From Podarcis vaucheri (lineage: Eukaryota), in NCBI GenBank assembly GCA_965113315.1, contig OZ220376.1: a stretch of DNA of 64,000 nt, one strand, 5' to 3'. Shown piece after piece: positions 24,151-36,624 of the stretch. The notes below the pieces were generated by a model that did not search any database, had not been told where the DNA came from, and worked only from the letters and a program-made list of their open reading frames with translations. The first letter of the stretch is position 1. Every line of letters starts with the position of its first letter. Both the position numbers and the translations under genes were made by a program.

Positions 24151-26416
24151 GCTTTGGGTTGGCAAGGGCTGGCCTGCACTGATAGGCAGTGTCTCTCCAA
24201 GGTTTCAGGCAAGGATCTTGCCCAGACCTACTTGGAGATGCCAGGGATTGAACCAGGGATCTTCTTCAAACAAAGTAGCTTCTCCATCAGGACTGCCGTT
24301 GAACCAGCAGCCCACCTGTCTTGTCCCAGTGTAACAAGATGCGTCTTGCTGAGCAGCCGGTCTTGCCTGTAAATTGTTAAACAGTAGAGCACAGAGGGGG
24401 CAGACTGATGGGATCTTTCTGGATATACAGTCCTGATCTGGATTAGAGCCCCCTACATGGGCAACTACTGTTGTGGGTGTTTTAAAAAACCAAAAACAGC
24501 CCTTCACTTATAAGGCATGATGCCGTATCTAACAGCAACTCGTTATTTGGCCTTTAGACCTTCCTAAGGACTGCAAGAGATAAGGAGTGTACTCAGTGAT
24601 GGATTCAGCCAAAATCGGTGCAATTAATAGGTTAAGGCTTGCAAAAAAAAGGAAAAGGAAAAATACATTATAAATGTCCATGTGTCTATTTTATGTAATT
24701 AGGAAGCTTGTAATGTGTCCAGTTAATGATTAATTGGCATGTTTTCTGCTGACATACCTTCTCCTCTTCATTACCTTATGGCACACAGCACAGCTAGAAG
24801 TTGCTGTGGCTAAGATATGAGACAGTAGGTTTCTTTTCAAAGCTTTTAGATCAGGGATGGGGAACCGTCGGCCCTCTGGATGCCCTTGGACTCCAACACC
24901 CATCATCCCTGACCATTGGCTGTACTTACTGGGGCAGGTGGGAGTTGGAGTCCCCCACCTTGCTCACCATCTCAGTTTTAGGTTACGTCAGGGCAGAATA
25001 TAAAGTCCAAGTTCAAAATGTGGGATCTAAGGTTGTATCCAGTGCCAGACCTAGTCAGTGGACCCATTCAAGTTAATGAAATTGACAAACTACGTCTACA
25101 GAATCTCACATTCATATCTGGATATGTGCTGCTTCAAGTTCTCTCCATCGTTCTCTTATTGTTTACTTCCTGCATCCGCATTAACCCTGTTGTTAGTTTT
25201 AGATTGTCCACCCATCACATTGGTGGTCATCCCCTTGGTCTTTAAAAATTGTAGGGTCTTCATACTAACACTGCTTTTAATTTGTATACTGTACTGCCTC
25301 TCTGTATTGCTATACGCAAGGCAGTTTACAAGCTGAAGAAACAAGCAACAACAAAGATCGCACACCTTGTAACAAACTGATCCAGTACAAAAATATCCTA
25401 ATAGAAACGTAACTTTAAACAACTTATATTAAATAAAGTAATATTCAATAATACATTTGAATATAACAGCACACCGTAAAATCAAATATCAACAAATAAC
25501 AATTAAACAGAAATTCACTCTTAACAATTACAGTTAATAATTTCTAAACTATAATTAATAAAAGTCATCTCTTGCCACATGTCCTGTATATGTTGATTTT
25601 AACTTTGCGGCATTTCCACTACATCTGTGACTTGATCATGGTTGTATCCAGTTATTAGTTTTTCTGTCTTTTAATGCTGTTCCTAACATTGCATGTTGTA
25701 TTGTTCACAAGCTGTTGATGTTTCTCTGGGTCATGGTCCTGTTCTCTGCTCGGTAACACACCACAGGTAATGTGCATATATTGAACACGTTTTCAAAGGA
25801 AATGACTAACTTAGAGCCATTCGTTTCAGTGGGTCTACCCTGAACTGGATACAACCCCCCAGTGTCGCTTTTTTATGCGAAGCTGAATCTGAAGATGACC
25901 TTCTATAACATTGCAGATTCATATCTCCATGAGGCAGCGTTCTCATCCTGCAGGCAGGAATTTTAAAGCAGAATGGGAAGATAATGTACCATCCAGCCAA
26001 GCTGCAGCAGATTAACAGACTTTTTTTTTTTGTATATTGTGGAATGGATGTGTTTGAATTGCCATGTATCCAGTTCTTTAGTGCTTAGTGTTGTTGAATC
26101 CACTATGTTCCTGAATTGTGCTCTTACAAATGATGTAAACAACTTGGGTTGTCCTTGTTTGGTCTTTCCACAAACAACCTAAGTTTATACTAATGAAGGG
26201 GAAAGCTCTTGGGTTGTATCCAGCAACTCAGAGTAGACCCAAAACACATTTGCTTGCAGTGGTGTTGGTGCTTCGTTGGTGCTTTCCTCTTGCTTCGTGG
26301 TCCCAACACAAACAGCCTCCCCCAGAATAGCTTTTCTGGCCCTGAGGACTCAAGAGCAGCTTCTCTTCTGCTGAGAACATCAGCTTGGGAAGTGGGAGAG
26401 AAGCCAGTCCCAATAC

Positions 26417-26472
<56 letters not shown>

Positions 26473-27333
26473 TTATTATTTGTACCCCGCCCATCTGGCT
26501 GGGTTTCCCCAGCCACTCTGGGCGGCTTCCAACAAAGATGAAAAATACACTAAAATGTCACATATTAAAAACTTCCCTGAACAGGACTGCCTTCAGATGT
26601 CTTCTGAATGTCAGGTAGTTGTTTATCGCTTTGACATCTGATGGGAGGGCGTTCCACAGGGCGGGCGCCACTACCGAGAAGGCCCTCTGCCTGGTTCCCT
26701 GTAACTTGGCCTCTCGCAGTGAGGGAACCGCCAGAAGGCCCTCGGAGCTGGACCTCAGCATCCGGGCAGAACGATGGGGGTGGAGACGCTCCTTCAGATA
26801 TACTGGACCGAGGCCGTTTAGGGCTTTAAAGGTCAGCACCAACACTTTGAATTGTGCTCGGAAACATACTGGGAGCCAATGTAGGTCTTTCAAGACCAGT
26901 GTTATGGTCTCGGCGGCCACTCCCAGTCACCAGTCTAGCTGCCGCATTCTGGATTAATTGCAGTTTCCGGGTCACCTTCAAAGGTAGCCCCACGTAGAGC
27001 GCATTGCAATAGTCCAAGCGGGAGATAACCAGAGCATGCACCACTCTGGCGAGACAGTCCGCAGGCAGATAGGGTCTCAGCCTACGTACCAGATGGAGCT
27101 GGTACACAGCTGCCCTGGACACAGAATTGACCTGTGCTTCCATGGACAGCTGTGAGTCCAAAATGACTCCCAGGCTGCGCACCTGGTCCTTCAGGGACAC
27201 AGCTACCCCATTCAGGACCAGGGAATCCTCTGCCCCCACCCGCCCCCTGTCCCCCAAAAACAGTACTTCTGTCTTGTCAGGATTCAGTCTCAATCTGTTA
27301 GCCGCCATCCATCCTCCAACCGCCTCCAGACAC
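26417..27333 (-). mobile_element. L2 LINE 3' 0.9 kb with (TAA)n tail
   Basis: ORFs 26826-27308 and 26558-26920 (RLRLNPDKTE...DYCNALYVGLP...LHWLPV...LWNALP) joined by one frameshift. Confidence 0.95.
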
Positions 27334-27506
27334 TAGTGCACACAAACACACCACAGCTGTTAGTTGACACCCCACTTCCCCAACCCCCAAAAACAAAGTA
27401 GGTGAAGAACAATTGCACATTTTAGCAAGCCTGCAGGATGGCTTGGTGGAGTTGACATACTGTAAATAAGATGCTCTGTCTCCACAGTCAGAGGCAGAAG
27501 GAATAT

Positions 27507-27588
27507 TAGGTCAGTTGGTTAGAGTGTGGTGCTGATAATGCCAAGGTTGCAAATCTGATCCCTGTAAGGGCAGCTGCATATTTTTGCA
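27507..27588 (+). mobile_element. tRNA-Ile-derived SINE, partial
   Basis: TCAGTTGGTTAGAG..TGGTGCTGATAATGCCAAGGTTGCA; same family as 54171-54320. Confidence 0.7.
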
Positions 27589-27602
27589 ACAACAATCTGC
27601 AT

Positions 27603-27930
27603 GCTGCCCATCTGACTGGGTTGCCCAGCCATTCTGAGCGGCTTCCAACAATACAACATGAAACATTAAAAAACTTCCCTATACAAGGCTGCCTTCAGAT
27701 GTATTCTAAAGGTTGCATAGTTACTTATGTCCTTGACATCTGATGGGAGGGCGTTCCACCAGGTGGGTGCCGCTACCAAGAAAGCTCTCTGCCTGGGTGA
27801 CTTCACTTCTCATAGTGAAGGAAGGTCCTCGGAGCTGGACCTCCAAGTCCAGGCTAAACAACGGGGGTGGAGCCGCTCCTTGGAAGTATACAGGGCCGTT
27901 TAGGGTTTTAAAAGTCAGCACCAACACTTG
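27603..27930 (-). mobile_element. L2 3' fragment (degraded, internal deletions)
   Basis: Homologous to the 3' part of the 26417 copy. Confidence 0.85.
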
Positions 27931-28374
27931 TGAGTCTGTGTTTTGTTTTGTTTTTCTTGTCCTGTAAATATAATAATTCTCTCTCACGCGTGCACACACA
28001 CAATCCCACTCTTGAATGTTTGAACTGATTGCACTGTGTTACAAACCAGCATGCCTCATGTTAGGATTTGGATTTAGGCCAGTGTGAACCGAGAGCAGAG
28101 CCCAGCTGTGAGTTAGCTCCCTCTCTCTCTTTCTCTGTGGGAGGCTTAAAACAAGAAGTAGTACTTCTGTAATAGTCCCTTGGGGGAAAGGATAATGAAA
28201 CAACCAGGCTTCGAGTTAGTTCTCTTTCTGGAGGAAGTATTGCAGGAAGGGAAGCCTTTATACCACTATGGCATTCTGTTTTCTTGTTCCCTTTAGCCTC
28301 TGACATGAACTGTGACTCAGCCACCGAAAACGATAGGGCAGAAATTTGATTCAGTTCACATTTAAAGGTGAAAT

Positions 28375-29409
28375 TGTAGCACCCTGCTTGTGGTTAACGC
28401 TTAGCTGGAATGAAATATTCAACGCAGCAATAGAGAAATTAAAATAATAATTTATTTGTCAGACAAATAAATGAGAGACACAGTGGTATATGGTTACCAA
28501 AGCTCTGCCCACTCTAGCCCTGATGGCCAGCACTTATATTTCCTCAACCTAGCCCCCTTGCTCCTCCTTTGGCTGCCTCTGTCCAATCAGCCTGGTTGAA
28601 ATTCATATTGGCTGTTTGCTAGAACCAATCATAAAAGATACACCCACTTCCTATTACCTTTTATGGGAGACAAAGAGTTATATTTCCTTCTATCCATAAA
28701 TGTAAAGTAGTAGCCATATATCTTACATTTGCCTCGACAAGGCACCTTAATTACCAGATCACCTTTTGCCCTATTGCCCCTTCACTCCAAAACAGATGGC
28801 TAAAACAGATGGCTCATGGTAACAGAGATCTTGGGTTCACCTTCTCACACACCATCAATGAAATAAGAATCTAACATAAGAATCTAACATTTCTTACTTT
28901 CTAAATCCTTTGCATAATTACATTAAGCCAATATATTTCATACATAACATAGATAGATTTTTAGAAGAAAAGGAACTTAGTAAAAACAGTTTCAAAAGCA
29001 ACCTCTTCAATTTACAACTCCCTTTCCCAGCCAGCTGCTTTTCCTATTAGCTCTTGCCCTTTAACCTTAGGAAGATATGGCTAGAGTCTGATAGGAGGCA
29101 CATGGTATTATTTTCTGTTAAACAATAAATCTTACTATTTACCAACTCTTAATTAGTGTTTTTGCAGCTTGATTGTATTCTGTAATATGTATGGTCAGTA
29201 TGACCTTTGCTCCCAGCCTGTAATTCCCTTTTACAACTTTGAGGAACGTGTCTCCTGCTACTGCTATAAATCAGGGGGGCCTTGAGCAGGAAGATAAACA
29301 ACTGCCAGAGTACTCAGCCAGCTGCTTTATGTATGGCATGAAACATACAAACATTTGCAAATATATCTTTAAGCTCATTTTAAAATACAGGCCTTGATCA
29401 GATGCCTCA
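28375..29409 (-). mobile_element. Solo LTR, ERV1-like (1035 bp)
   Basis: TG...CA ends with 4-bp TSD AAAT (28371-28374 and 29410-29413). On the minus strand: CCAAT boxes (about 28583-28629), TATA (28534-28539), AATAAA (28451-28456); short tandem duplications in U3. Confidence 0.8.
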
Positions 29410-29454
29410 AAATCACCTTTTCCCCCTTTCCAGAGCAATATGCAAACCAAAATA

Positions 29455-29706
29455 CAGTGGTACCTTGGTTTAAGAACAACTTAATTTATGAACAACTTGG
29501 ATTAAGAACACTGCAAACCCGGAAGTAGGTGTTTTGATTTGTGAACTTTGCCTTGGAAGCAGAATATGTTTCGCTTCCTGTTAAGTGTGTTCCATTTGTA
29601 ATCTGAGTCCCCCACTGTTAAGGAAAAGCACTCCTCGGTTTAAGAACGCTTTGGTTTAAGATCAGTCTTCTGGAATGGATTAAATTCGTAAACCAAGGTA
29701 CCACTG
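29455..29706. mobile_element. Tigger-like MITE, family B
   Basis: TIR CAGTGGTACCTTGGTTTA / TAAACCAAGGTACCACTG, TA TSD; interior differs from family A. Confidence 0.9.
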
Positions 29707-31582
29707 TACAGCCATCCTTTGGAATTCTCTGTATTTCACAATGCAGTTCTCCAGCCAAGCAACGTGTAGAAAAAGAGCATTTGCTAGGGTCAAATGTGTA
29801 TTGAAATGCATATATAAGGGAAATAACATATAAAATAAATTATAGTTGTGTATGAAAATGTGTACAATGGGAGAAATTTGCACTAAAATGCTGGTGTGTT
29901 TTCATTTGAACCTTTTTTAAAAGGAAGAATAAGTACACTTGGAAATGTGTAGAACTGAACTATAGGTTGGGGAAATGAGAAACAGAGAAATTGAAATTGG
30001 CAGATTCTCCCAGCCCTGGCTGTAATTTTGCAACGAGCTTTTGTTTCTGAGTGGGCAAGCTGATGTTCAGTCAGAGCTATGAAATCCTCCACTGATTTTC
30101 TGTGAGCTGTATTTGTTGGAGACAAAAAGTTGACCTCCAATATACATCCAGAAATTCCCTCTCAAGATACTGGCATGGGTTGCTGCCTAGCGTTCTTGTC
30201 TTGGTGGTCGTTGATGCGATAATATTGCATTAGTGGTGGATTCATACTGGACCATCTATATACATCATTCCGCTTTGTTAGTTCCAGGGTGATTCCTCGA
30301 TATTACAACATTATTGTCATTTTTAGCACCATGGTGCAACAAAAACAAGAGATATAAAAAAAAAAACCCCAAACTGGAACATTTCGGCAGGAAGTTAGGG
30401 GACATGGATTGATGGGAAACGAAACAGCATGTCTGCCCTGAAAGTTTTGTCAGCGCAAACGGTAACGAAAGAACGATCACAAATAACTGCCCCAGTACCA
30501 CCCTAAGCCACAAATGCCCAATAGAAAGGATGCCAGAAGGAGACCTTAGAGACTGATCTTATTGATTGTTAGATGGGATGGGGGGCGGGCTCTGGTTTTG
30601 GTGTCTTTTGTGTGAGTGATGGCACGTCCCCATTTGCCCAAGCTGAAAATCACCCCAGCTCGCTTTCCTTCTCTGCAGGCTTCTCCAAGTTCTCTTTATT
30701 AAACGGTATCATTTGTGCCATTGTCGGGGGAAAGATGGCTTTGCAAATGCCAAACCGAGTATCACCGCAGCCCTATTGTGTGTCAGCTCCTGAAAGGAAA
30801 GATAAACCTGCTCGTTAATAAATTAAAACACTGGTGATCGCTCTCCCTGTAACATGTTATACAACATAGCTGACTTGTGTAACTGACAGGTTCAAATATC
30901 TCCAGTGGACAGCTGTGTGATGCTGCCATCTCAGGCAAGCAGGGAGCAAAGAGGACCTGGGAGAATTGTCTCATAGAACAGTATTAGTATAGCTTTCCGT
31001 GGAAGTTGATGGATTTGAGTACTCTTGGAGCCCCCATGAATGCATCTTGTAAAATAGAAAAATGGTATTTTTGCTCCTTCTTTCCTGCAAGGTCTAGGTT
31101 TTCCCGTTTGTGTGTGTCTACAGACTCCAGTTTGCTTGTTCCAGATGCTATGTGGCAGCAGTGGGGAACATTTGACCCTCTGGAGGTTGCTGAACTACAA
31201 CTCCCATCAGCCCCAGCAAGTGTGGTGAGGGGCCAGGGATAATGTTTTAATTATTACATGGAATGTGCCGCCTCAGATTTCTTGCATTCCCTTTTAAAAT
31301 GTGTTTATCAGCAGCAGTTTTTTGGCTGGAAGCTGGCTTGTCTTCCTCTGAATGTTGGGCTTGATCTCGAGCCTTCAGATTTTAGTTGAAGACTGTTTAT
31401 GGACGGGGTTGCCCAACTTCTCATGTGACGTGGACTGCAATAGTACTTCAACATGGAACCTGCAGGCTGCCCACTGCCTTGTGACGCAGGAGTGGGGAGC
31501 GAGGCCAAAATTTGACACACACCCACACACACACCCTCATGCTGCCTTCCCAAAACCAGGCAATGGGAAGGAGGTATGGGGG

Positions 31583-31583
<1 letters not shown>

Positions 31584-31632
<49 letters not shown>
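31584..31632. repeat. (GT)n microsatellite
   Basis: Directly visible. Confidence 0.95.
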
Positions 31633-31635
<3 letters not shown>

Positions 31636-31844
31636 GTTGCTGAGAGCCACCCAAAAAGGCTGCGAGGGCTGCATGTGAGGGCCACCCTGTGCTAACACAT
31701 TCTCATGATATTTGTACCTTCTTCAAAAGGATGTTTACGTTAGCTGATGGTCCAAATCTTTTAGTAATAAGCCACATCAGTTAGGTCTTTCCATAAACGT
31801 TATTGATGTGCAAGGGTGTTGCCAGGCAAAATTTAGAGGACATA

Positions 31845-32028
31845 CAAGGCTGCCTTGTACCGAGTTAAACTATCAGTCCACTTAGCTCCATACTGTCTAC
31901 ACTGACTGGCAGCCTCTCACCAGAGTTTCAGGCAGAGGACGTTCCCAGCCCTGACTGGAGATGCTGGGGATTGAACCTGGGACCTTCTGCATACAAAATA
32001 GATGCTGCGTCTCTGAGCCATAGCCCTT
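31845..32028 (-). mobile_element. tRNA-Ala-derived SINE (older squamate family)
   Basis: Reverse complement has a tRNA-like head with GGTTCAATCCCC B box and a CAGTCAGTGTAGAC core. Other copies at about 16552, 24165, 35787, 38640, 39003 and 45047. Confidence 0.75.
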
Positions 32029-32971
32029 TCCCACATAACCTCCGGTTTAAGGACATCCATGCACAACAACATTCCATGTTAACTGCTCATAAAATCTGCT
32101 CTGTGACTCATCTTGGTGTGTCTTTTGAGTTTTCGGAGGGTCCTGCTGATCATTTGGATAACCTGGCTGTTGCCAAACATCAGCTAACCTTTTCTAGGAC
32201 TAGACCTGCCTTCCTTCTGCTGCACTGAGGGGCCATTTGGTGGGTAAGCCATATAACATAGGACTCTCCAGCAGGAATCAAGCAACGGAAACATGAGCAC
32301 GTCTTTTGTTTGCATGTATGCAACAAACCACATTCAGTGAAACCACATTGTTGGGCTAATGTTTTATCACTGAAATTCCAATTGACTTCAGTGTTCATTA
32401 TCTTCCTTTCTTTGAAGGAAATAAAGCAGTCCCCAACTGCTGCTAGAGATTAATGATTTACATCATCTGGGCAATGGGACGTTTGACCTTTATTTTATTT
32501 GATGAGATGATTATTTCAGGATCTGATTGGTAATTTCTCTGCCCTCCAGATATTTAAATGGGATGAATTGTAATGCAGTTTTAAAATCATGAGGAGATCG
32601 GGGGTGGGGAGGGAGAGAATGCGTATACAGGGCGCTGTTAATGTGGCTTTTCAAAAATACAGATGTGGAAACCCAATTGCAAAGTTTAAGATCTGGTATA
32701 GATTAGTCCTACTCGGTGTAAGGCAGCCTCTTAAAGTGGAAACACAGGTTTCAGTCAGCACCTAGCTGTGAGCAGGACCCTACGTGCCTCAGAGCTACTC
32801 ATAGGTTTTCATATTGGGGCTGGCGGCGCTTGCTTTTGAGAGTTCCCTTTCTTTAATATTTCTATGTAAGAGGTTGTCACCTGATATCTCCCTGTAAAAC
32901 ATTGTCCTGGGTTGTCTCCAAACTATCAGCATTTTGCCGGAGGGATTCAATCACATACATCCCACTCATCT

Positions 32972-33450
32972 AACGGGAGTGGCCACCAGGACCATAGAAC
33001 ACCGGTCCTGAGAGATCTGCATTGGCTCCCAGTACGTTTCCAAGCACAATTCAAAGTGTTGGTGCTAACCTTTAAAGCCCCAAACGGCCTTGGCCCAGTA
33101 TACCTGAAGGAGTGTCTCCACCCCCTTAGTTCAGCCTGGACACTGAGATCCAGCGCCGAGGGCCTTCTGGCAGTTCCCTCATTCTGAGAAGTGAGGTTAC
33201 AGGGAACCAGACAAAGGGCCTTCTTTGTAGTGGCGCCCACCCTGTGGAACACCCTCCCATCAGATGTCAAGGAAAAGGCAGCTATCCTCCTATTTTTAAA
33301 AGACATCTGAAGGCAGCCCTGTTTAGCGAGGTCTTTAATATTTAATGCTGTATCGTTTTTAACACTCGATTGGGAGCCACCCAGAGTGGCTGTGGAAACT
33401 CAGCCAGATGGGCAGGGTATAAATAAATTATTATTATTATTATTATTATT
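32972..33450 (+). mobile_element. L2 LINE 3' end with (TTA)n tail
   Basis: RDLHWLPVRFQAQFKVLVLTFKA... followed by an in-frame stop, 3'UTR and tail. Confidence 0.92.
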
Positions 33451-33501
33451 ACGACGACGACAACTACTATTACTATTATTACTACTACTACTATTACTAC
33501 T

Positions 33502-33793
33502 ATCTAACTGGGTTGTCCCAGCCAGTCGGGGCAGCTTCCAACATATATAAAAACATAACAAAACATTAAACATTTTTTTAAAAAAAAATCCTCTGCAGGG
33601 CTGCCTTCAGATGTCTTCTAAAGGTTGTATAGTTACTTATCTCCTTGGATCGGGGTTCTCATAACTCCATACCCTGCAACATTTCTCCAATGAAAACAGG
33701 GGCGTCCTAAGGAAAAGTGGGACATTCTGGGATCAAACGGGAAACCGGGATGGCTTCTGTAAATCCGGGACTGTTTCTGGAAAATAGGGACAC
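33502..33793. mobile_element. Composite hAT-like MITE carrying an L2 3' end, truncated copy
   Basis: Same L2/MITE junction (GGTTGTATAGTTACTTATCTCCTT...CATAACTCCATACCCT) as 58485-58907. Confidence 0.8.
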
Positions 33794-35075
33794 AAGGGCC
33801 TGTGGTGTGGCTGTGGCCTAACCTCTGCATAAAGCTTCTTGCAAGCAGATCTGGATGAAAGTTCAATCAACAGGTTGTCTGAAGGGGCCCTTAGGCCTCA
33901 ACCAGGAATTGCCCCCTTGTGTCATGACACCCCCCGGAGCTTTGGCTTTGCTTTCTCACATGTCCTGCTGTTGCAGTTATGACAGCTGCTCCCAGACTGT
34001 CTCACAGGCCTCGGGCTACAGGTTTGTTTTTTTCTGAGCTTGGCTGTCTTTGACACAGAGTACCTCTTGGAAACAAAGCTGCTGGAAACAAAGCTGTTGA
34101 AGTGGAAGTTTTTGAGGGAAGGAAAGGAAGAAGGGATGGAGGGGGAGCCCACACCATTGCTTCCCATTCTTGAAAGGCATCCATTGTGCCTGTCAAATGT
34201 GCGTTTCCACCAGCTGTTCCTTTTGCAATAGTGCTGGAAGGTGCCCCAGTACTTTGAAATGCTGTGAGTTTGGCCTTCCTGCCTGTGAGAATAAGCCCCC
34301 ACTTCCCCCCTCTGAACCCCATGCTTTGATTAAACAGGACGTTTCTTAGCGGCGGTGGAAGCAAGAGGGTGTCAGGCCGAACCTCAGCCTCTCTCATTTG
34401 GCCCACTAGATGCGATAACTTCCGCTTTGACAGCTGCACAAACGGCGACACATCAGCTTACGGCACACGGTGTTTCTTTGCCCATTAGACAGGAAGTGTG
34501 GCGCTGGGTGCCAAGGCTATTTGCAGGTTCCCCAGCCGCAAAATAGCTCTCAGTTGTGTAGGAGCAGGTCCAGCTGAGGAGAGAAAGAAGCTATTCTTGT
34601 CAGGGTGTTGTGTATTGGAGAGAGGTGTGTGTGTGCGCTTAAAAAGAGAGTTTGTGCACATATATATATGGGATATTCAGGCGTGGTATCTGTTGCCAGC
34701 TTGGCAAATAGGAATGCTTTACGTGAGTCAGGCATTGCCCAGGGTTTAACCCCCGAAGCAGAGAGCGGAAGGGGCTGCTTACGTAAACGAGCTCTTTCAT
34801 TCTTCTTCTCCCTCTCTTGCAACTCCTGCTAACAATATCCCAGCTGCCATTCATGAGGGAGGGTGCTGGGAGGTTGGAGAGGATGAAAAGAGGGTCTCCG
34901 TGTAAGACCCTCTTTGCAGAGGATTTGGCAAATCCTGCTTCATTCCCAACCCCCATCCTGGCCCTCCTGCGAGAAGCAAATAGGAGAAGGACCAGGGTTC
35001 TATTCAGATTCCTTGGTTACCGAGAAAAAGGGGGTATTTTTCCTTACCCGGTGTCTCATTTGGGAGGAAGGAGGC

Positions 35076-35197
35076 AAACTTGGGTCTCCAGCTGTTTTTG
35101 GACTACAATTCCCATCATCCCTGACTACTGGTCCTACTAGCTTGAGATGATGGGAGTTGTAGTCCAACCGCCGGAGACCCAAGTTTGGGAAAGCCTG
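35076..35197. mobile_element. Palindromic hAT MITE (left end damaged)
   Basis: AAACTTGGGTCTCC...GGAGACCCAAGTTT hairpin; relative of 45177-45312. Confidence 0.8.
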
Positions 35198-35321
35198 ATC
35201 TAAAGAAAGGTGCAGTGTGTGGTTTATCAACCGCTGAATAACTGCAGTCTATACTCTATACATCTTGTGGTTGCGGTGAGACGGTCTTCCCAGGGACTCG
35301 TTGCAAGTCTTGTGCTTGTAA

Positions 35322-35790
35322 CAGAAGAAGACCCCTGCTGCTGGATCAGGCCAAAGGCCAATCTAGTCCAGCATCTTGTTCTCACCATGGTGAACGAGAT
35401 GCCTAGGAAAAGTCCACAAACAGCACCTGAGCACAGCAGCACTCTACTCACTTATGATTCTCAGCAACAGTAGAAGAACATAGCCTTGTCCCCCCATGAA
35501 TTTGCCTGGTCCCCTTTTAAAGCCATCCAGATTGGTGGCTGTCACTCCATCTTGTTGGAGTTGGGTTCCGTTCAGTTTAACTGTGGGCTGTGTGAAGTAG
35601 TTATTCTTGTTTGTTCTTCATCTTTGTTGGATGGCCTCACGTTCTAGTTTTGTGTGAGAGAGAGAAGAATATTTCTCAGCTCACTTTATCCACACTCTTC
35701 ATCATTTATCCACACGCTTACCGTCTTCATACACTCTTATTGTGTCCTCTCTTACTCACCTTTTATATGATTAAAAAGTCCCCCAAAGCT
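35322..35790 (-). mobile_element. Old CR1-type LINE 3' end
   Basis: CTGCTGGATCAGGCCAAAGGCC..TCTAGTCCAGCATC 3'UTR and CCCTTTTAAAGCCATCC motif; mirrors 57790-58478. Confidence 0.7.
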
Positions 35791-36251
35791 CAGTGGTAGA
35801 GCAGATGCAGAAGATTCCAGGTTCAATCCATGGCATCTCCAGTTGAAAGAATTAAGTGGCAGGTTCTGGGAAGGAAAGTCCTCTGCCTGAGACCCCAGGC
35901 AGGTATATCAGGGGTGGGGAACATTATTGAACCTGGTGAAGATCTGTCCCACCCTCCACCAGCCATTTTTCTTAGGTGGGCAGGGTTGCCCACCTGATAT
36001 CACCATGATATCAGGTGACAACTTCACATGGGCTCTTTTCTCAGTCTTCAAGATCGCATCCCGACCCACCGCTGACTGTTTTTGCCAAGTGTGGTATGGT
36101 AACTGGTCCAAGGTCAGCCCAAGAACTTCATGGCTGAATGGAGATTTGAACCTGAGTCTCAAATATGAGGTGTGTGTGTTTTGCTTTTGTTTCAGTTTAA
36201 TCTTTTCAGTTATTCTGTGTATTTGCACATGCATGAGGGTATTTGTGCATG

Positions 36252-36282
<31 letters not shown>

Positions 36283-36583
36283 ATATATCTTCTGTTCAGT
36301 CAGCAGTTCTGCATCTCTGTTCTGTTTTGGACAGGCTCCAAGGCTCCCCGGGACAGCAAAACTTTCTGGCAGCAAACCCAAGCTTAGCTTCCACCTATTT
36401 TCATTGCTCTCTCCTAGAATTCCATTATCTCACAGCATGTTAAGCTAACACTTAAGAAACATTATTGCATGCCAAGGTCGTAATGGTGGAACCCTGGGGA
36501 GCGAGACCACACAATATGGTCTACAGGCACCATGATGTTTGACTTTTCTTTCTCCCTCCTTCTTAGCAGCTTAAATTCTGTTT

Positions 36584-36624
<41 letters not shown>

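Larger units (their letters stand above)
28334..30018. mobile_element. Old AT-rich DNA-transposon-like repeat hosting a solo LTR and a MITE
   Basis: Sequence on either side of the inserts joins into one repeat; related pieces at about 42415-42575 and 49545-49770. Confidence 0.65.

Noticed and set aside
25130-25800. Possible antisense LINE 3' remnants (also about 45590-45920)
   Set aside because: Too degraded to classify or bound reliably by eye.
26190-26541. ORFs with poly-L, poly-N and poly-Y runs
   Set aside because: Translations of the L2 (TAA)n tail.
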